This document shows positions 18,721 to 27,458 of a stretch of DNA of 32,025 nt, in pieces. The DNA is from Dehalococcoidia bacterium (GTDB taxonomy: Bacteria; Chloroflexota; Dehalococcoidia; Lucifugimonadales; UBA3495). Within the stretch, counting starts at the first letter, position 1, and every line of letters starts with the position of its first letter. The notes beneath the pieces are model-generated. The model made no database searches and was not told the origin of the DNA. It saw nothing but the letters and a program-made list of their open reading frames with translations. Location: assembly GCA_030740155.1 (NCBI GenBank), contig JASLXV010000105.1, positions 1 through 32,025 on the forward strand, written 5' to 3'. The position numbers were made by a program, and so were the translations under genes.

Positions 18721-18855
18721 TGTCTGCGTAACGGGGGGAGGACTGTTCCTTCACTTTGGGCAGAGGGAAGGCCAGGATGGGGTTTGGCTAGGCGTCGAGA
18801 CCACCTGGGAACGATACCAACTTGGCTGCGTCAGCAATCGGAAGGGAGAGATAAC

Positions 18856-19971
18856 ATGAAGATCACCAGAGTCGAGGTCTTTCCAGTAACTATCCCCTAT
18901 CCCGAAGCCTACGTCATGGCCAGCAGCTCCACGGCGGCCCGGGATGAGGTTATCATCAAGGTACATACCGACCAGGGAATCGTGGGGCTGGGGGAGGCAG
19001 TGGCCCGCCACGAACGCGGCCAGACCCAGGAGGTGATGACCGTGGTCCTCACCAAATACTTCGCCCCCGCCCTCATCGGCGAAGACCCCTTGGACATCGA
19101 ACGCATCATCAACAAGCTGGGCGGTATGGACTGTCCCTGGCTCTCCACCCTTCACGCCGTGGACAACGCCCTCTACGACATCATGGGGAAGGCCTTTGGG
19201 GTGCCGGTGTACCAGCTTCTGGGCGGCGCCGCGAGGAAGAGCATCTCCCTCACCCGCAGCTTGCCCATCAAGTCACCCGGGGAGATGGCGGAGCGGGCGG
19301 TGGCCCTCAAGGAGCAAGGCTACCACACCCTCACCGTCAAGATAGGCTTCGACCCGGATGAGGATATGGAGCGCCTCATGGCGGTGAAAAGGGCCGTGGG
19401 GGACTGGCCGCCCCTGGAGGTGGACCCCAACGAAGGCTACACCGCCGACGTGGCCATCCAGACGCTGAAGCCCGTGCAAGACCTCATCACCTGTGTGGAG
19501 CAGCCGGTGTCCCGCTACGACTTCCTGGGAATGGCCAAGGTTGCCAACGCCCTGGATACCCCGGTGGCCGCCGATCAGATGCTCACCTCGGCCCGCCACG
19601 TGGCATTGGCAGCCCACCTGGGGGCCGCCGACGTGATGTGCCTGAAACTTCCCGAGGTGGGAGGCATTGCCCTGAGCCGCAAGTTTCTGGAAGTGGCCCG
19701 GGCCTTCAACCTCCCGGTCACCATGGGCTCCGGGCACCCCCTGGGCGTGGGCACCGCCGCGCTTCATCACTTCGCCGCCGCCATGGAGTGGGTGCGCCCG
19801 CCCATCGGTTACGGCAGCCCGCTGGAGCGGTTCGCCAATGACATCGTCACTGAGCCCGCCCTGGTAAGGAACGGCGAAGTCACCGTGTCCGACAAGCCCG
19901 GCCTTGGCGTGGAACTGGACGAAGCTATGATGAAGAAATACGCCGTCAAGATCACCGTAGACCACGATTAG
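18856..19971 (+). CDS. Mandelate racemase/muconate lactonizing enzyme family (enolase superfamily)
   Basis: MKITRVE, TDQGIVGLGEA, D.ALYDI.GK..GVPVYQLLGG, metal ligands DPN/VEQP/AAD, PGLGVELD; RBS GGGAG. Confidence 0.92.
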   Translation: MKITRVEVFPVTIPYPEAYVMASSSTAARDEVIIKVHTDQGIVGLGEAVARHERGQTQEVMTVVLTKYFAPALIGEDPLDIERIINKLGGMDCPWLSTLHAVDNALYDIMGKAFGVPVYQLLGGAARKSISLTRSLPIKSPGEMAERAVALKEQGYHTLTVKIGFDPDEDMERLMAVKRAVGDWPPLEVDPNEGYTADVAIQTLKPVQDLITCVEQPVSRYDFLGMAKVANALDTPVAADQMLTSARHVALAAHLGAADVMCLKLPEVGGIALSRKFLEVARAFNLPVTMGSGHPLGVGTAALHHFAAAMEWVRPPIGYGSPLERFANDIVTEPALVRNGEVTVSDKPGLGVELDEAMMKKYAVKITVDHD

Positions 19972-20253
19972 CCGTGGGCCGCCTCTAAAAACCGGCAGCA
20001 ACCGGGATGATGGCCATGGCGTGTGGTTCCCTCTACGTAAGGGGATCGACGAGGACCATAACCCTGGAAATTGCGCTCAGCCAAGGCCGGCCCCGGCCCT
20101 TCGACAAGCTTCCAAAATACTGCCGAAAATCGTCGCAGTTCCTTCTTTCCCGGTCACGCTCAGCGGTTCGACTGGCTCTTGGTTTTCGTGGAGAGTGCCG
20201 GGAAAGCCCTGACGGAAGAAGACCGGCAAGAGGGGAACCGGCGGGAGGATCGA

Positions 20254-22590
20254 ATGATTACCCAGCGAGACCTGAAAGCGGCTTTGCCCCAACTGGACGG
20301 GGTGGTCCACCTCGAAGGGCTGGCGAGCCCAGTGGAGGTGTACCGGGACCGGTTCGGAATCCCCCACATCCGGGCTTCCTCAGAGCTGGATGCCTTTTTC
20401 GCCCAGGGTTATGTCACCGCCCAGGACCGGCTGTGGCAAATGGAGTACGACCGGAGGCGCGGGTCCGGCCGCTGGGCGGAAGCGGTTGGGGCCCCGGCCC
20501 TGGAGCAAGATAAACTCATGCGCCGCTTCCGCTTGGAAGCCTCCGCCCGCCTCGACTATCAGGCGGTGAGCGACCGTACCCGAGGTATCTTCGACGTCCA
20601 CGCCCGAGGGGTCAACGCCTTCATCGCGGACGCGGAGGCCACGGCCCGTCTCCCCGTGGAATACCGGATCACCGGCCTGAAGCCGGAGCCCTGGCAACCC
20701 TGGGACGGCCTTATCGTGTACAAGGTCCGGCACATCCTTATGGGCGTTTTCGAGTCCAAAGTGTGGCGGGCCCGCATGGTCAGCAAGCTGGGTCCGGAGC
20801 GGGCGGCAAGGTTGTTCCCCGGCTACGAGCCCGGCCAGCTGCTGATTCTGCCGCCGGGCGTCTCCTACTCCGGGCCGCTGGCCGACGGATTGGAAGAGCT
20901 GAGCCGTGGGGCTGCCGCCCTCAACTACCTGAACGAGACCGACGGCGGGAGCAACAGCTGGGTCCTCTCCGGCGCCCGCACGGCCTCCGGAAAGCCTATC
21001 CTGGCCGGAGACTCCCACCGGGCCCTGGACACTCCAAACGTCTACTATCAAAACCATCTGGCCTGCCCCGAGTTCGACGTGGTGGGCCTGTCCTTTCCCG
21101 GCCTGCCCGGCTTTCCTCACTTCGGGCACAACGCCTGGGTGGCCTGGTGCGTGACCCACACCGCCGCCGACTATCAGGACCTTTACATCGAACGGTTCAA
21201 GGATGACGACCCCAAATATTACCTGTTCCAAGGGCAGTGGCGCCGCGCCGAGGTCCACCACGAAAAGATCAAGGTGAAGGATGCTGAAGACGTTGACTTG
21301 CCGGTTTGGGTTACCCACCACGGCCCGGTGATCTCCGGCAGCCCCAACCAGGGGGTAGGCGTCGCCCTGAAATACACCGCCACCGAAAGGCCCTCTCCCT
21401 GGCCCGACGTTCTGCCGGAGATGCTCAGGGCCCAGAACTCCGATGAGCTGATGGAGTCGATGCGGGAATGGGTGGACCCCTGTAACAACTTCCTATTCGC
21501 CGATGTCCAGGGCAACGCCGGGTACCTGTGCCGGGGTCGAATTCCCATTCGGCCGATGGCCAATGCCTGGCTGCCCGTCCCCGGCTGGACCGGCGAGTAC
21601 GAGTGGCTGGGCCAGATTCCTTTCGACGAGATACCCCGGTCGGTGAACCCGGAACAAGGCTACATCGCCACCGCCAACAACAAGCCGGTGGGCGACGATT
21701 ATCCCTACCTCATCGGCATCGACTTCACCCCCGAGTTCCGGGTCAAACGGGTGACCGAGGGCCTGCTGGCCCTGGTGCGACCCACGGCGGAGGATATGCG
21801 GCAGGTACACGCCGAGCGCATATCCATCCCGGCCCAGACCTACATCGATCTGCTGGGAAGGGTAGCGCCGAGAGACGAAACCGAGACCCCGGCCAGGGAG
21901 AAGCTGCTGGCCTGGACCGGGGCGATGGACGCCGAAGAGGTGGCTCCAACCATCTATAGCGCCTGCCGGGACGCTCTGATCAAGGAGCTTCTGGAGCACA
22001 ACCTGGGGCCCGAGCTGGCGGATGCCGCCGGGCATCCCGCCGACCGGGGAGTGGGGTCCTTCGTCAACCGATTCAAGGCGCGGCTGGTGACCCTGATTTC
22101 CGAGGACGACCGCACCCTGCTGCCACCGGGCGAGGACTGGCCTTCGGTGATGGCCCGAGCCTTGAGCCAAGGCGTCGCCTTCCTGAGGGAAAGGCTGGGC
22201 GATAACCCGGAAGAGTGGCGGTGGGGCCGGTTGCACCGGGCCCGGGCCCGGCATACCCTGTCCGCCGCCTTCCCGGAGCTGGCTGAACTCTTGGACCCGC
22301 CGGCGATCCCAGCCAGCGGGGACGCCGACACGCCGCTGGCCGGCGGTTATTCTCCGGCGGACCCCGCTACCATCACGGGTTTGTCGGTGGTGCGCTACGC
22401 CTACGACCTGGCGGATTGGGACCGCTCGTTGTGGGTGGTGCCTCTGGGCAGCTCCGGGCATCCCGGCAGCAGCCACTACCAGGACCAGTCGGAGGCCTGG
22501 CGACAGGTACAGATGGTGCCGATGCAGTATTCTTGGGACAGCATCATCGCCGGCAGCGAGGTGCGGCAGCGGCTGGTGCCGCTGGAATAG
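20254..22590 (+). CDS. Penicillin acylase family (Ntn hydrolase, peptidase S45)
   Basis: RDRFGIPHI, QGYVTAQDRLWQM, autoprocessing site G-SNSWV, ATANN, GSSGHPGS.HY.DQ; RBS GGAGG; no signal peptide. Confidence 0.93.
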   Translation: MITQRDLKAALPQLDGVVHLEGLASPVEVYRDRFGIPHIRASSELDAFFAQGYVTAQDRLWQMEYDRRRGSGRWAEAVGAPALEQDKLMRRFRLEASARLDYQAVSDRTRGIFDVHARGVNAFIADAEATARLPVEYRITGLKPEPWQPWDGLIVYKVRHILMGVFESKVWRARMVSKLGPERAARLFPGYEPGQLLILPPGVSYSGPLADGLEELSRGAAALNYLNETDGGSNSWVLSGARTASGKPILAGDSHRALDTPNVYYQNHLACPEFDVVGLSFPGLPGFPHFGHNAWVAWCVTHTAADYQDLYIERFKDDDPKYYLFQGQWRRAEVHHEKIKVKDAEDVDLPVWVTHHGPVISGSPNQGVGVALKYTATERPSPWPDVLPEMLRAQNSDELMESMREWVDPCNNFLFADVQGNAGYLCRGRIPIRPMANAWLPVPGWTGEYEWLGQIPFDEIPRSVNPEQGYIATANNKPVGDDYPYLIGIDFTPEFRVKRVTEGLLALVRPTAEDMRQVHAERISIPAQTYIDLLGRVAPRDETETPAREKLLAWTGAMDAEEVAPTIYSACRDALIKELLEHNLGPELADAAGHPADRGVGSFVNRFKARLVTLISEDDRTLLPPGEDWPSVMARALSQGVAFLRERLGDNPEEWRWGRLHRARARHTLSAAFPELAELLDPPAIPASGDADTPLAGGYSPADPATITGLSVVRYAYDLADWDRSLWVVPLGSSGHPGSSHYQDQSEAWRQVQMVPMQYSWDSIIAGSEVRQRLVPLE

Positions 22591-22641
22591 GGTAGCCCGA
22601 TCCGTGGACCGGGCCGTCCCGCCCTATCAGGGAACAGTCCG

Positions 22642-22872
22642 CTACATCACCACGCGTCTCTCCTGTTGGAACCGCCGGCGGAACCTCTGGAGTGCGACCG
22701 CGGCCCAGAGCGCTTCGATCGCGGTAATCGGGTAAGCTTCCACCAGCCCGCTGTAGGCGGACGTAAGGGCGGAACCGATGGCGAAAACCAAGACCATCCA
22801 TTTGGAGCGGCGTTCCAACGAATAGGAGACAAACATTATCCCGACCGCGACAATGCCAAATACAGTGAGCAT
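22642..22872 (-). CDS. Small uncharacterised membrane protein (about 3 TM)
   Basis: Hydrophobic 76-aa ORF with Y.LE.RS.W...F and E..W...A..R pattern; co-oriented with neighbours. Confidence 0.7.
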   Translation of the reverse strand: MLTVFGIVAVGIMFVSYSLERRSKWMVLVFAIGSALTSAYSGLVEAYPITAIEALWAAVALQRFRRRFQQERRVVM

Positions 22873-22923
22873 GTTGATCTCTCAGTCCATTGCCTAGTAC
22901 CGGGAATTGCCGGCAAAGATCAA

Positions 22924-22986
22924 CCGTTCGCCACGAGCCTGTCGAAGGGTTCCGAGCCGGTGGTTCGACAAGCTCACCACGAACGG
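22924..22986. repeat. REP-like inverted doublet, second family
   Basis: CCGTTCGCCACGAGCCTGTCGAA ... TTCGACAAGCTCACCACGAACGG; a partial arm (CCCTTCGACAAGCT) also occurs at 20097-20110. Confidence 0.78.
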
Positions 22987-23017
22987 CATTGGCGGGGCCG
23001 ATTATCGAAGGGAAGAA

Positions 23018-23491
23018 CTAGCCGCCCAACAGCTGCCGGCCCAAGAGATCCAGGGCGGCTTGAGCTGCCGCCTGTTTAGTCGCGTCCCGGTCTCCTTGGG
23101 CGTGGAAGTTGATGGCCCGGTCACCGCCGTCCTTCACGGACAGGCCGATGAAGAAGGTGCCTATGGGGACTTCGGAGCGGCCTTTCGCGGGTCCGGTTAC
23201 CCCGGTGACGGAGACCGCGAAGTCGGTGCCGGTCAGTTCCCGGACGCCCCGGGCCATGGCTATGGCCATCTGTTCACTGACGGTGCCATGGTTGGCGGCC
23301 ACCTCGTCCGGCACGTTCAGGATGCGCTCTTTCAGGCCGCCGGTGTAGGCGATGACCCCGCCGGGGAAGAAGCGAGAGGCGCCCGGCACGGTGCCAAGGA
23401 TGTATCCCACCAGGCCGCAGGTGTCGGCTTCGGCCACCGACACGGTCTTGCCTTGTGACGTCAATAGCTCAGCCAGTTCGGTTACGTCCAT
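23018..23491 (-). CDS. CinA C-terminal/PncC (NMN deamidase) family protein, atypical active site
   Basis: VSVAE.., PGAS.FF.GG..AY...K, HG.VS...A..MA.G, TG..GP. Confidence 0.88.
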   Translation of the reverse strand: MDVTELAELLTSQGKTVSVAEADTCGLVGYILGTVPGASRFFPGGVIAYTGGLKERILNVPDEVAANHGTVSEQMAIAMARGVRELTGTDFAVSVTGVTGPAKGRSEVPIGTFFIGLSVKDGGDRAINFHAQGDRDATKQAAAQAALDLLGRQLLGG

Positions 23492-23559
23492 CAGACATTG
23501 CCTCCTTCATTCATGCCCCTTGGGCCCATGAGTCTGGTCTCGAAGGTACGCCGGAACGG

Positions 23560-23656
23560 GTCACCTCGAGTGAATCGAGGGGTCCGGGGTGGTGGGTCCG
23601 GGCTGCCATGGAGGGACCCCGCCCAAGCTCCTCGTCGCTTCGCTCCCCGGAGTGAC
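23560..23656. repeat. Degenerate REP-like doublet, third family
   Basis: GTCACCTCGAGTGAATCGAGGGG ... TCCTCGTCGCTTCGCTCCCCGGAGTGAC, with inverted GTCAC/GTGAC ends. Confidence 0.5.
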
Positions 23657-23707
23657 GGTGTTGAAGCGAGACCGGCGCTTTGAGAGCTGTTTCTGATTAC
23701 CCTTTCC

Positions 23708-24472
23708 CTAAAGTACCTTCTCCGTGGCCCCGGTGTGTCTCTTTTGCAGGAGCAGAAAGAACTCCCGGTTGCCGGCGTCGCCTACTATGGGCGAGGAGCA
23801 GAGGTTGCGCACCCGCAGCCCGTAGCCAACCGCCCAGGCTATGGTCCGGCCCAGGACCTTGGCGTGGACCTGGGGGTCCTTGATCACCCCGCCCCGGCCC
23901 ACTTCTTCCCTCCGGGCCTCGAACTGGGGTTTCACCAGCACCACCAGAAATCGCCCGTCTTTGAGGTACTCCAGGGCCGCGGGAATGACCAGGGCCAACG
24001 AGATGAAGGACACGTCGATGGTCACCAGGTCCACGGGTTCGGGCAGCGGGAAGGAGTGCCGGGCGTTGCACTTTTCCATGACCGCGACCCGCGGGTCCGC
24101 GCGCAGCCGGTAATCGAGCTGGCCATGGCCGACGTCGAGGGCGTGGACCCGTGAGGCGCCACGCTGCAGCAAGCAGTCGGTGAACCCTCCGGTGGAAGCC
24201 CCAATATCCAACGCCACCAGGTCTCGCACCGCGAACGCAAAGAAGTCCAGGGCGTGGGCCAGCTTCAAGCCGCCACGGCCGACGTAGGGCAGCCGCCCGC
24301 GGACTTCCAGGAAGGCGGTCTCCGGGAAGAGACTGCTGGCCTTGGGCACCCGGCCCGAGGGGGTGAAGACCAGCCCCTCCATGATCAACGTCTGGGCCTG
24401 CTCCCGGCTCTCGGCCAGGCCCCGGTCAACCAAGAGAAGGTCGGCCCGTTTTCTAGAGGCACGTTTCGCCAC
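23708..24472 (-). CDS. tlyA: TlyA-family rRNA 2'-O-methyltransferase (S4 + FtsJ)
   Basis: RADLLLVDRGLAESR, YVGRGGLKL, LDIGASTGGFTDCLLQRGA, DVSFISL, KPQFE, GNREF; real start probably GTG 24472. Confidence 0.94.
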   Translation of the reverse strand: MAKRASRKRADLLLVDRGLAESREQAQTLIMEGLVFTPSGRVPKASSLFPETAFLEVRGRLPYVGRGGLKLAHALDFFAFAVRDLVALDIGASTGGFTDCLLQRGASRVHALDVGHGQLDYRLRADPRVAVMEKCNARHSFPLPEPVDLVTIDVSFISLALVIPAALEYLKDGRFLVVLVKPQFEARREEVGRGGVIKDPQVHAKVLGRTIAWAVGYGLRVRNLCSSPIVGDAGNREFFLLLQKRHTGATEKVL

Positions 24473-24557
24473 GGCTCGTGCTGTTCCGGTGAGTAACCCT
24501 TCAAGCTTCAAGGACCCGCCACCGCCGATCGCGGCCGCACGTCCCAGATGTGCCGCA

Positions 24558-24586
24558 AGTATATCCCGGAACCAGCGGTCTGTCAT
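24558..24586 (-). promoter_or_regulatory. Putative tlyA promoter
   Basis: ATGACA-17 bp-TATACT; also supports the shorter tlyA start. Confidence 0.55.
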
Positions 24587-24788
24587 TATGGCGGAGGGAC
24601 CGGGCCGCCAGGCGAATTCTTCCGGGGACGCCACCGGCAAGATTCCAAAGCGCCACGGGCGGACCGTTCCACGGGGACTCCGCGGCGGGATGGCGCCGGC
24701 GGTGAGCGCCATCTCGGCGGCCAGCGGCCCCCACGGATTCGAATCGCCCGTCGCGCCGGCGCCGGCCGGGAAATTGACCTGGCGAACC

Positions 24789-24827
24789 AGAAAGATGGCC
24801 TGCTCCAGTTGCCCGGAGCAGGCCATC
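24789..24827 (-). terminator. Intrinsic terminator after binding protein 1
   Basis: Perfect 13-bp stem GATGGCCTGCTCC/GGAGCAGGCCATC followed by TTTCT on the minus strand. Confidence 0.8.
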
Positions 24828-24853
24828 ATAGCTAATCCAATGTCACCGGGTAT

Positions 24854-26770
24854 CTATCTGTCCAACCAGATGTCCTCGTGCTTGAACACGGTCTGGTTCG
24901 ACTGTGGAACGAGGAAGCCCTTGATGTCCTCGTGGACTATCCAGAAGAACTTGCCCCAATACACGGTGCTCGTGTGGTTGTCCACATAGCCTTTGGTCAG
25001 GTCGTCGGGGTCGGTGTAGACCAGGTAATCCTCGATCTCCTTGAGGATGTCCCGGCGCGCGTCCGGATCCAGTTCGACCTTCTGCTGCTCGAATTTCTCT
25101 TCGATGAAGGTGGGGCTCCAGTCGGTGTAGTTCCGGGTGGCTCCCGGAATGTACACGCCTCCCAGCACGCCGTCGGCGTCCAACACGGTTGTCCCCTCGC
25201 CCTGGCAGGCCAGCTCCCAGTCTCCAATGGCGTCTGCCGGCCGCGCGGTGGACAGCATGGCGTACCCGGCCGCGCTCTCCCAAGTTTGGAGATCACCGGT
25301 GATCCCCAGGGTCTCCTTCAGTTGTTGCTTGACCACGGAGCAAACCTCGTCGTAGCCAGCTACTTGCCGGGCGTCGAACTTGGTGCTGAACCCATCGGGG
25401 AACCCGGCCTCAGCCATTAGCCGCTTCGCCTCGGCGATGTCCGCCTGCCCGCCCGGGGTGTCCTTGGGCCGGAGACCGGGCCAAGTCAGACAATCGTCGT
25501 AGGTATAGCCCATGCCCATCATGGGACATGGAATGGCGGCGGTATCGTCTTGCAGCAAGCTGTTGATCTGCTGCCGGTCCAGGGCCAGGTATATGGCCTT
25601 GCGAACTCGGAGGTCGGTGAAGGGCTCCGCCTTCCGGTTCATCATGAACATTACGTTGAAGCTGGGGGGAAGCTCGTAAGAGATCACATGGCCGTTACGA
25701 GCGCCAATCGTGTCCTGGTCCAACTGCATGTTTTCGGTCGGAGTCAGGTTTGATTGAGAGCTGTTGGCCATGTCCAACTGGCCCCCCTTGAACTGGGCGA
25801 TAACGGTGCCCGAGTCCACGATGATGAAGTGGTCGATACCGTTAAAGTAGGGCCGCCCTTCTTTGAAGTAGTTGGGGTTCCTGGATACGGCGTACACATT
25901 GCCCCGCTTGTACTCATCCAATATGAAGGGGCCGGAGCCGGACTTGTGCTCAATGACGTTCTCCGCCTGGTTCAGGTCAATCCCCTGCTCCAGCAGGTGC
26001 TTGGGCAAGACCTTGACGTAGTTCAGGGCCAGGAATTTGATGAAGGCCCCGGAGGCGAAGGTAAGGTTGAACTCTACGGTATCGTCGCCGACGAGCTTGA
26101 TGCCGCCTTCTTCAACCGGCAAGGCGTAGTTCCGGAAGAGGCCCGAGCGGCCGATGGACACCTCAGGGTTCATGTACCGTGCCAGGCCGTAAACCACGTC
26201 ATCCGCGGTAAGATCTTCCCCGTCCTGCCACTTGACGCCGTCGCGAATCTTGAAGCTGAAGGTTTGGCCGCCGTTGGATATGTCCCAACTGCTGCACAGG
26301 TCGCAAATTATCTTGACGGTATCCGTCGTGTCGGGCTGGACGATCTGATTGTACAGTTGGGAGTAGGACTTGACGCTGGAGAGGGAGGAGGAACCAAGAG
26401 GGTCCCAGTCCCTGGTGTCGGCGTAGGCCGACATCTGGATGTTCCCGCCGTATTTGGCTAGGTTTGGATCAATCGTGGGAACCGGCGTGGCCACCGGCAC
26501 GGGGGTAGTGGTCGGGCGGATAAGGACGGTCCTCTCAACGATGACCGTCCTTTCCACGTCCACCGGCACTTCCACCGTCCTCTCCACGACCACGGTCCTC
26601 TCCACATCCACCGGCACTTCCACTGGCACTTCCACCGTTCGTTCCACCACCACCTCCCTGACGATGGGAGTCGCCGTGGCGCCCCCACCACACGCCGCAG
26701 AGATCACTAATAGCAACGCCGCTATCATGGGAAGAAGAGTCCATCGATTCAACCCTCGGTGCCTGAGCAT
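24854..26770 (-). CDS. ABC transporter substrate-binding lipoprotein, family 5 (DppA/OppA-like), paralogue 1
   Basis: Lipobox SAAC; F.IRDGVKWQDG..LTADDV, GSGPF, N.YFKEGRPY, PFTDLRVRKAI..ALDR; RBS AAGGAG. Confidence 0.93.
   Translation of the reverse strand: MLRHRGLNRWTLLPMIAALLLVISAACGGGATATPIVREVVVERTVEVPVEVPVDVERTVVVERTVEVPVDVERTVIVERTVLIRPTTTPVPVATPVPTIDPNLAKYGGNIQMSAYADTRDWDPLGSSSLSSVKSYSQLYNQIVQPDTTDTVKIICDLCSSWDISNGGQTFSFKIRDGVKWQDGEDLTADDVVYGLARYMNPEVSIGRSGLFRNYALPVEEGGIKLVGDDTVEFNLTFASGAFIKFLALNYVKVLPKHLLEQGIDLNQAENVIEHKSGSGPFILDEYKRGNVYAVSRNPNYFKEGRPYFNGIDHFIIVDSGTVIAQFKGGQLDMANSSQSNLTPTENMQLDQDTIGARNGHVISYELPPSFNVMFMMNRKAEPFTDLRVRKAIYLALDRQQINSLLQDDTAAIPCPMMGMGYTYDDCLTWPGLRPKDTPGGQADIAEAKRLMAEAGFPDGFSTKFDARQVAGYDEVCSVVKQQLKETLGITGDLQTWESAAGYAMLSTARPADAIGDWELACQGEGTTVLDADGVLGGVYIPGATRNYTDWSPTFIEEKFEQQKVELDPDARRDILKEIEDYLVYTDPDDLTKGYVDNHTSTVYWGKFFWIVHEDIKGFLVPQSNQTVFKHEDIWLDR
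26527..26660 (-). repeat. Coding tandem repeats (VERTV/VEVPVD linker)
   Basis: Repeated ccaccggcacttcca / tctccac units encoding VVERTVEVPVEVPVDVERTVVVERTVEVPVDVERTV. Confidence 0.85.
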
Positions 26771-27122
26771 AGCTACTCCTTCGTTGTAGTTGGACTAGTT
26801 ATCGCCTGTCGTCGCGTCTACGATAGGCGTACCTAACATCTGCTACATGTTACGGTTCACGTGCTTTGAGCAACGTAGTTCGGCGTTCCGCTTGCTTGCC
26901 CAGGGCCGATTATCATGATTCAGAATATTGCCCAGAAGTTACTGTCTGCAAGCTAGATGGAGATTCTCGGGCAGTCCAGCTCACAATAGCTGGGAAGTCA
27001 AGCTAGCACGGGTTTGCGAAGGTTTTTGGTACGCGTTCGAGGGTCGGTTTACCGATAGCCGTCGCGACAACAACCAAATGATGCGTGTTTAGCCCATCAT
27101 ATGGCTGGCATCAGCAAAAACT

Positions 27123-27241
27123 TCCTGGCGGTGACGCCGGCGGTCAGCTAGGTTGATTGGGGAAACCGGTGAGGCCGGCGGGCCAAAGCCGCCGATAGTT
27201 GATGACCCCGGCGGGCGCCGGGAGTCTGGGTCTATTGGCTC
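27123..27241. repeat. 119-bp exact direct repeat, copy 1 (element may extend to about 27330)
   Basis: Base-for-base identical to 31907-32025. Confidence 0.95.
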
Positions 27242-27458
27242 CCTTCAGGTGATGACGGTTCGCAGGCCCGCATTCGAGGCCCGTCCGTCAGAGAGGAGGA
27301 AGGCCCGGGCCGTGCCGGTCCGGGCAGAAAGCTTGAGAGGGTCAGATGCTTATGGGCCGCCGTTTGCCGGTTGCCCTTTTCGAACACCGCCGCTAAACCA
27401 CCAAGCCGGGCGGCGCTTCACCTTGGGAAGTGCCCGGCTTGGAGGGCGACGGTTGCCC

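Noticed and set aside
18694..18855. N-terminal extensions of the MR/MLE ORF (likewise acylase 20071, MBL 18438, SBP2 31635)
   Set aside because: Downstream ATGs have RBSs and match the family N-termini
24730..24750. GATTCGAATC resembling a tRNA T-arm
   Set aside because: No cloverleaf, acceptor stem or CCA; just a short palindrome
24473..24829. 119-aa N-terminal extension of TlyA
   Set aside because: Begins inside a terminator hairpin and spans a predicted promoter; homology starts at 24472
26527..26660. Periodic repeats as a possible CRISPR array
   Set aside because: In-frame coding repeats without unique spacers; no cas genes
27150..27245. Resemblance of the repeated element to c-di-GMP-I (GGGAAACC...CAAAGCC) or fluoride (TGATGACCCC) riboswitches
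   Set aside because: Core conserved nucleotides do not match and no suitable gene lies downstream on that strand; left unassigned
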